In this document: positions 42,011 to 48,700 of the stretch, in pieces
Layout: each line of letters begins with the position of its first letter
How positions within the stretch are numbered: the first letter of the stretch is position 1
Assembly (NCBI GenBank): GCA_009103225.1
Contig: RHPI01000330.1
Location: 30,719-79,418, forward strand
Direction of reading: 5' to 3'
DNA from: Chlorokybus atmophyticus
Taxonomy: Eukaryota > Plantae > Mesostigma and Chlorokybus algae
DNA: 48,700 nucleotides
The notes under the pieces: generated by a model
What the model saw: the letters and a program-made list of their open reading frames with translations, nothing else
The model's database searches: none
Told to the model about the DNA's origin: nothing
Made by a program: the position numbers and the translations under genes

Positions 42011-42532
42011 ATGATAGCAAAAGTCGCCACCGTGAGAGGTTGTGTATTGCTGACTAATGCTTTATAAGCCTTTGTTAGCGTACTCCGCATCAACTGGCAT
42101 TATAAATACAACCTAGCATTACCCGCGATTTTACTTGCACATCTTGGTCTTTTCCGATCGGCAGGGCTTGCTCGCGTCCAATAATAACCAGCCATTACCG
42201 GTCGTGCCGCATAGCTATCCGCGGCGACTTGCCACATTGCCGCGCAAGAGCGACTCTGCGCTGCGACTTGATTGACTTAACCTCATAATTGTCAAGCAAT
42301 CACACTAACTACCTTGGATTACTTTTGATGGTCGCTTAAATCTACCCCCTCTCGCACATCTTGAGTTCGGTGGGATTTGATGCGACCATTAGAGCTCCGA
42401 TAACCAATGCAAGACTCATATGATGGGAAAAGTCGCTACCATGAGAGGTTGTGTATTGCTTGTGAATGCTTTATAAGCTCTTCTTACCGTATTCCACATT
42501 AACCGGCATTACCACCCATAACGCACATTACC
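42011..42532. repeat. Pair of diverged 113-bp direct repeats
   Basis: 42011-42123 and 42420-42532 share ATGAT..AAAAGTCGC..CC.TGAGAGGTTGTGTATTGCT...AATGCTTTATAAGC...GGCATTA...CATTACC. Confidence 0.75.
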
Positions 42533-43379
42533 AAGATATATGGCAAAGAAATTGGCAAGTGGGTGAAAAAAAGAGGCGACCAACAAAGTGGGTGTGACAT
42601 ATCTGTGATAATACAGATGATTATGCAACCTTTATTTCACTTCATCCTGTGCAAATTGGCTATCAATTTGCTCTTTGATGATGTTGAGTGACGACGAAAT
42701 TTTTTTTTTTAATCATGCGAAAACATGACACCGGCAAGGCACCCGTTCGTTTTATCGCAATCATCCGCTTTGGTGACATGGAGTGTGGCATGATCTTTCA
42801 AGTGCTTGACGACCTTGAGTCCCGCCAGGTTACGCTTCACTCATCTTATAAAGTTAAGGACTACATGAAGAAGGTGCTGCAGCCCATCCGGTTTAAGGAG
42901 TACGTAGCCGCCATTGAATCAGCCATATTGAAAGGTAGAGTAAGTTATCTCTCATTGGATATTGTTAAATTGCGTGCAACAACCAACTATGCTCTATCAC
43001 TTAACCTTGCAGTGCTCAGCAGCAATTTCAGGCCAAGTACCTTAAGGTAACAGAGCAGCTGAACTGGTACAACAAAATACAAAGCACTAATATAGCGTTT
43101 CTCAAAGAAACGGCCAAGCTAAGCATAGATTATGCAGAACTATTGAATGTGGACCTGCACTACAAGAAGATTATGACATAACACGAGGCATCAAACACTG
43201 TACCCCAAACATGACCTTAAGCAGCAATTTGCATTCTTTAAGTAAGTTCTTTGATTGCTGCTAAAAATACTCTCGGCAATTATAGAATCGTTTTGCACGT
43301 AGGCATGTTAATGACAAGTTTTATAACAAGCGGGTGCGTGTTACACGGCAAAGACCTCTCCAAACTATTACCGTTCAAA

Positions 43380-44250
43380 AATCCAAGACGGAGATGCGAG
43401 TGTTGTCATTGCCACCCTAGCTCGAATACTGCGACATACTTTTTGGACATGTTGACCCTGCAAAACCAAACATGGGAATGAGGATACCGGAGTACAAAGA
43501 ACTGCTAAACAGGCTGTGCAATTGAAACAGAGAGCTCCCCCATTGGAACATGGTTACCTTTGCCACCGTGGAGCACGTGTTGGCGATTATCGCAGAGTTA
43601 AATCAGCACAAGGTGTTTGCGGTCGAAACCACATTTGACTATCATGTTGATGAAAGTAAGTAGCTATTGAAATAATTCTGCGGTTCTACGACTATTATTT
43701 TGTGGTTTGCAGCTTGCAACTTTTGTCTTCATGTTGCAGAGCTACAAGCCTGGCCAAGTGTACAAAAGTGCAGCTACTACAGAACATATTGTAGTGGGAC
43801 TCTTTGAAACAAAGGGATACCACCCTCGCCTCCGGCAACCCGGCTCGATGTTATTTGCAGCTGATGGGTTCAGGGGCTTGCAGAAAACACTACTCAAGAA
43901 GCCAAAACTGAAGAACAAGAAGTCTAGCTTGGAAGGATAGCAACGGTGCAAGACTCATATTGCCTCGCAATCCGGACGTTGTGAAGGCGTTCAAGTATTA
44001 TTATAAGCAGCATCAAACGATCATTGCCAAACAACCAGCCGCTCTGTGCCCTTCAAAGACTCGAGCCCTATGTGAAAAGATACTACATGCCAAAGTTTGC
44101 TTAGAGGACAAGGAATTGGGTGCTTGACCTTGGTGCTCGAGCTGGCAACGTTACCATGGCGACAATATTGCGGGGGCACAGGGTTAATGCCATTGACTCC
44201 CAAAACATGTGCACACAACATCAGTGCAAGAGGCCTTTGCTACAGAGAGG
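43380..44250 (+). pseudogene. Frameshifted SAM-dependent methyltransferase, most similar in motif order to beta-class N6-adenine/N4-cytosine DNA methyltransferases
   Basis: Pieces in order: MVTFATVEHVLAIIAELNQHKVFAVETTFDYH; TTEHIVVGLFETKG; LILPRNPDVV..CPSKTRALCEKILHAKVCLEDKE; [frameshift] WVLDLGARAGNVTMATILRGHRVNAID (44117-44197, motif I-like). An intron-like GTAAGT(43656)..TTGCAG(43739) is present but its phases are off by one. No intact DPPY. Confidence 0.5.
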
Positions 44251-45369
44251 GCCTTAGCTTGAAGGTACCTTATGTATACATATGTTAGCACAAACAGCAC
44301 TGCAGTATCATTTGCTTTGTGTACAGGTGTCTGTTATGCTAACCGTCCAGGAGGGCTCATTCGCCTCGTGTATGCCTACATCCGACCTGTCTCCCGGGCT
44401 ACCAGCATACCAGCTCCCTTCAACCGGTCCGACTCTCCCGCGCCACTGAGCAATTCCAAAACAGTCCTCGTACATACCCCACATAGCTGATACATTGGAG
44501 TTCCGACCCCACACCTGCGACTTCCTAGCCATACATTGGAAGTCATAACCACCAAGCCACGCGATCCAGCCAAGGCCTTTGAATTTACGATTACGAGGTC
44601 ACTCGATCCTAGCCAATCCGTTGTGAGTCCACCACGCTGCCCATGGACCAACTCGCTTTTGCCCATTTTGGACTAGACAGTAAGCTTGCCGGACTAATGG
44701 CTCACATGTGTTCATACGATAGTATAAATAGACCGATTGTTTCCCTGTATCATTGGTGAAATTGTGATTGAGTAACAGCGCATAGACTTGAGAAAGTGTA
44801 ATAGCAGCTTATGTTGTGAAGCCTGAAAGTTAATTTGCATGCTGCGAGTGTTGTATTGAACGAGACTCGCAGATAACAAGTTGTGAAGGGGTGCGACCGC
44901 ACACAGCAAGGCGTCCCGGTTGGCAAGAAGCCTTCAAACCTATGAAAGAGTGCAGCGTGTGCACTGTTTCTTATTGTGTGTGAGGTTGATTGCATTGTGG
45001 GCACGGTGTGAACAGTTACCAACCAGGTGTGGCATCATTTTGTTGCTACATTTATTCACCTCACAAGAGTTGATATACCCATTTTCACTCACGCAAGGAT
45101 CTGTACTTACAACGCTACACCAAATAGTGGCTTGTTGACTCACAATTACACCCACCTTTGCTTAAGTAAGTGCGTGTGCACCAATGCTTGCATCATTGCA
45201 GTATAATAATTGCGTGTTCGCACTAGGGGGGTAGCATCATTTGTTTGCACATAGCGCACCATTAGTCGCAGCTGTGTGAGGTGATGTGAGAGTGGTTTAC
45301 CAGTAGAGCACATACATTCTAGGCTAAATACACTCTCTCACCGTGCATCTGCATGAGTGAGAACCTAGT

Positions 45370-46400
45370 CCTCAGGAGCCCACTGCTCGCAACTACGGTG
45401 GCCCTATTCTGAGGGAACTATCTGAGGAGAGCCCCAGCGACCTCGTCGGCTCGGACACCATCCTCATCCTCACTATACCAGAGGCGTTCGAGCTACGGAT
45501 CCCGTCCGTCACCAGCTCACAGTTCCCGGCAATCCACTCCTCGTCATCATTTTCACGCCCACAACGCTGTTGACGACATCGACGATGTGGAGTCCCTTGA
45601 CAACACGCACGCGCTATACTTCTCTGGCCGTCCTGGCACCACCCCATCTGAATGTCTTCATTGTCAAGTTTGAATCCAAGATGTGCTATTAGACATCCAA
45701 GCCCGGCCACTGGTCAGATGAGGTGTCCTTTAGCGTTGCTGCTCAATACCTTTGGCACAAACCACATCAAGTTTTAAGGTCTATAGCCATTCAGCACCGC
45801 ATCGCTGGCTTTGAAGACACTATCATTGTCCCCTTGCCCCTGACTACTGCCCCTGCCCCCGTGTTTCAAGCTAGACCTTTGCCGTGACCCCTGATGGGTG
45901 ACGCGCTGGCAACCGCTGCAGCTGAAGCAGCGGCCAACCCACCTGTTGTCCAAGAGGACATGATTGCAGAATAGTTTGCCGAGTCTCGATAGATACGCGC
46001 AAATGAGGTGGAGTTGCGTGTTATGAGGATCATACAAGAGCGCCTCCAGACTACTATTGCCGCAGCCGCTGCTGCTCCTCCTGCCCTCGCTATTGGCAAC
46101 CCTGCAGCTATCTAACCCGAGCCGACACGTGCCACCAACCAGACACTATTCCACGAGCTTGCAACCATTAGCATCTCCATGGGATCAGCCATTGTTGGCC
46201 GGCCATGCTTCACAGTCACAGTGGACACACCCGATTCCCCACTCCAAGACCTGTACGCTGCATGATAGCTAGTGAGGACAGTAGGGGCTGTCCTCCAACA
46301 CCTGGTCTTAAATACATGGCGCGCGCTGGGTACCATTACGGGGAGGCGTAGGTGTAGGCTTGGCAGCTGAACAGCTCATTCGCACCCGGCTCTTACAGGT
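45370..46400 (+). pseudogene. Decayed unidentified coding sequence (possible transposon ORF)
   Basis: Long protein-like stretches broken by isolated stops (e.g. PLMGDALATAAAEAAANPPVVQEDMIAE*FAESR*IRANEVELRVMRIIQERLQTTIAAAAAAPPAL). No family recognised. Confidence 0.3.
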
Positions 46401-46674
46401 CCTCAACCCGTGAACGAGCTTCATCACGCTCCGCCTTCGAGATCTGCTGAGGTACACTTACATGAACCGTGCTCAGTTACCACTGCAGCACTGGCTGGGG
46501 GACCACCATTCAGCCGTGCCGATGACAGCACAGGGCTTTTTACGCGCGGACCAGTCGTACGCAGCCCGTAGACCACGTCTGGTACGTTGTAGCGTACCAG
46601 TGCCGCGACTGGTCCGGCATGATCGGACCACCGGTGGTCCGGCCCCGGAGCCCGCTGATATGGTCCGAATGACC

Positions 46675-46798
46675 GGACCAGGGCTGGTGGCGTGTCCCGC
46701 GGCTTGTAGGCCGGTACAGCACTGGTCAGCACGCGGCCTAGCAGTAGGACCAAGGCTGGTCGCATGCCCTGCGGCCTATGAGCCAGGGCAGCACTGGT
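46675..46798. repeat. Two degenerate 52-bp direct repeats in a GGACCAG/CTGGT-rich tract
   Basis: 46675-46726 and 46747-46798 (GGACCA.GGCTGGT.GC.TG.CC.GCGGC.T...G.C.G..CAGCACTGGT). Confidence 0.7.
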
Positions 46799-48128
46799 AC
46801 AACAAGTGACAGTTGCTGTGACCAGGTCTGATTCGTACACCAACGTTGTCTTGCGACCTGACATGGCAAGTCCGCGCGTCCTTCTGTTCAATGCTATGCA
46901 ACGACCATCTGGCATTTGGTCGCGGTCCTACAGACGTCAGCAGCAGAGCGGTAAGTACGAAACTGTACTTATCCTATGCTGAAACCCTAGTCGCTATGGG
47001 TCGCACTGAGGCATTGCTTGCGGCATTGCGTTGCAAACGGCAAGCTCCGAAGCGCAGAATTCTGGAGCTAGAGGCGGCGGTGCTGAGGGTAGGCCTAATA
47101 CATACGCTAATGTCGAAGCTTCATTGCATTGCATGGCTTGCTGTAAGCTACTTTTGTCGGTGGCATTGGTAAAAGCAACTACGCTTAAGCTCTAACCGCT
47201 ACTGTGCAGCGGCTCACATTGCCGGTGCTGCTGCCGTTGTTGCAGACCACAGTTTGGCAATGTTGTCGTTTGTGTCATTGTTGTTACAATGGTGGTAGTT
47301 GAGATGGTTGTGATGTTACTTGATGTTACTGCTGCTGCTGCTACTATAACTTCACGACTGCACATCAACAACAGCCTGAGCAACCATGGCATCAACCGCA
47401 GTAGCTACAGCCGCTTTGTCCTGTGTCAGAGCAGTTTGCATGCTTGCACAGAATGATGTGGGTTGAGCAACCAGCGTTGCTCGTGTACGCACATGCACAA
47501 TTAATCTCGTTGTTGTTCAGGTGACTCATCTATTCTCGAAGGCGATGTCAACCCACAACCGTGCAGGGCAATTTTGCTTGACCAGTTGCAAACGAAGTAT
47601 ATTGCATTCAGGCAGGTACATGCTTGCTTCAGGGCTTTGGTTGTGCACTTGCTGATCCGCTACCTATCCACTACCTGCGCAGTTTGGCAGGCACATGACA
47701 ACTGATATTAGCCAACGACATGTACATACTTATGTGTCATGTTGCAGTTCCTGATTCAGCTGGCCTTGCACTTTGCGGTGAGTTGGAGGCAACCCCGCAG
47801 AGTTTAAATGCCAAGCGACGTATGCTTTCAACTGCATGACTCTACAATTGCAACCAGCAAAGTCGTCTCCATGTAGACATAAGAAGCTATTGCGAATTGT
47901 AGAGTAAGCTTTGTGTTTGCACGTGCTCTCATTTGTAGCAGTGCATGCGTACATAATGGTGCTAATTGTGCATTTCAGGTTACAGGCTGGACAGCAATCG
48001 TTGCAGACGGTTGGACCCGTTGATGACAACTTTCCTTCTGAACAGGCGGCCATGCAAGAGGTACACGCGTGCGTGTGTGTTCCATGACTGATTGCGTGGC
48101 TCATGTGTGCTCTCGGGATGTTACTGAC

Positions 48129-48230
48129 TTTGTATACATGGCCCCCCAGCGTCACTGAAGGATGGCAGACTCCAGCAGATGCAGTCGTGATTGCAGCAAC
48201 AAGGAATAAAGCTGGTGCCATCCTAGCCAT
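48129..48230 (-). CDS. Candidate first exon of an unidentified secreted protein
   Basis: ATG-initiated MARMAPALFLVAAITTASAGVCHPSVTLGGHVYK looks like a signal peptide and is followed by donor-like GTCAGT and an intron-style CA repeat. I could not assemble a convincing downstream frame. Confidence 0.3.
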
Positions 48231-48700
48231 GTCAGCACGACTCTACACCACCCAAGTCAATGGCTCGGGTAACACGCATGCACACGCACCCATGCAGCCA
48301 CGCACGCGTGCACGCGCAGAAGCTTATGCATCACCATGGCTGGAAGTAATGTGATGGGGGTTGGTGGAGGAAGCCTGACGCTGCTGCTCCGCGGGACTGA
48401 GGGGCGCTACAACGAGGGGCAAATGCTGAACAGCAGGTGAGCAGAGGGGCAAGGGAAGGGGGAGGGGGAGGATGTGTGTGTGAACGTGCAAGCGCGCACA
48501 CGGGCATGTGCATGCAAGCATGCTTGTGCTTTTGGATACGCACGCATGCACAAACAAACATGCACACTCTTTCTTACAATCGGCTCATGGACTGCACTGG
48601 ACACTGCGGCCTATGAGCCAGTTGCTGTAGACTTGCTCATAGACCGCACTGGACAGTTTGATCTACGAGGAAGTTCTGCATGTAAACTATGCATGTGAAC

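Overview
Intron-rich eukaryotic nuclear DNA (short GT-AG introns, many CA/TG-rich simple repeats). The gene content (plant-type TONSOKU, YbeY-HAD fusion, Ole e 1/extensin/PDF1-type wall protein) suggests a green alga, probably a streptophyte; this is inference, not a database match. Layout: (1) 1-16.4 kb: two head-to-head paralogous secreted Ole e 1-like genes about 12 kb apart. Between them lie transposon debris, an apparently complete non-autonomous LTR element with 89-bp LTRs, PBS and PPT, an older copy of its internal region, and a Ty3/gypsy gag relic. The right-hand gene is interrupted by a 1886-bp apparently identical copy of the pirin locus, probably a mis-assembly. (2) 18-38 kb: housekeeping genes TONSOKU (+), pirin (-), GINS PSF3 (-), a LYR-motif protein (+), TUG/ASPSCR1-like UBX protein (-) and YbeY-HAD (+). 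(3) 38-48.7 kb: a repeat-rich, decayed region with a perfect hairpin, minisatellites and a frameshifted reading frame whose motifs resemble a bacterial-type beta-class N6A/N4C DNA methyltransferase. No rRNA, tRNA or CRISPR array was seen. Everything was read by eye; family assignments rest on remembered motifs and need HMM/BLAST confirmation.
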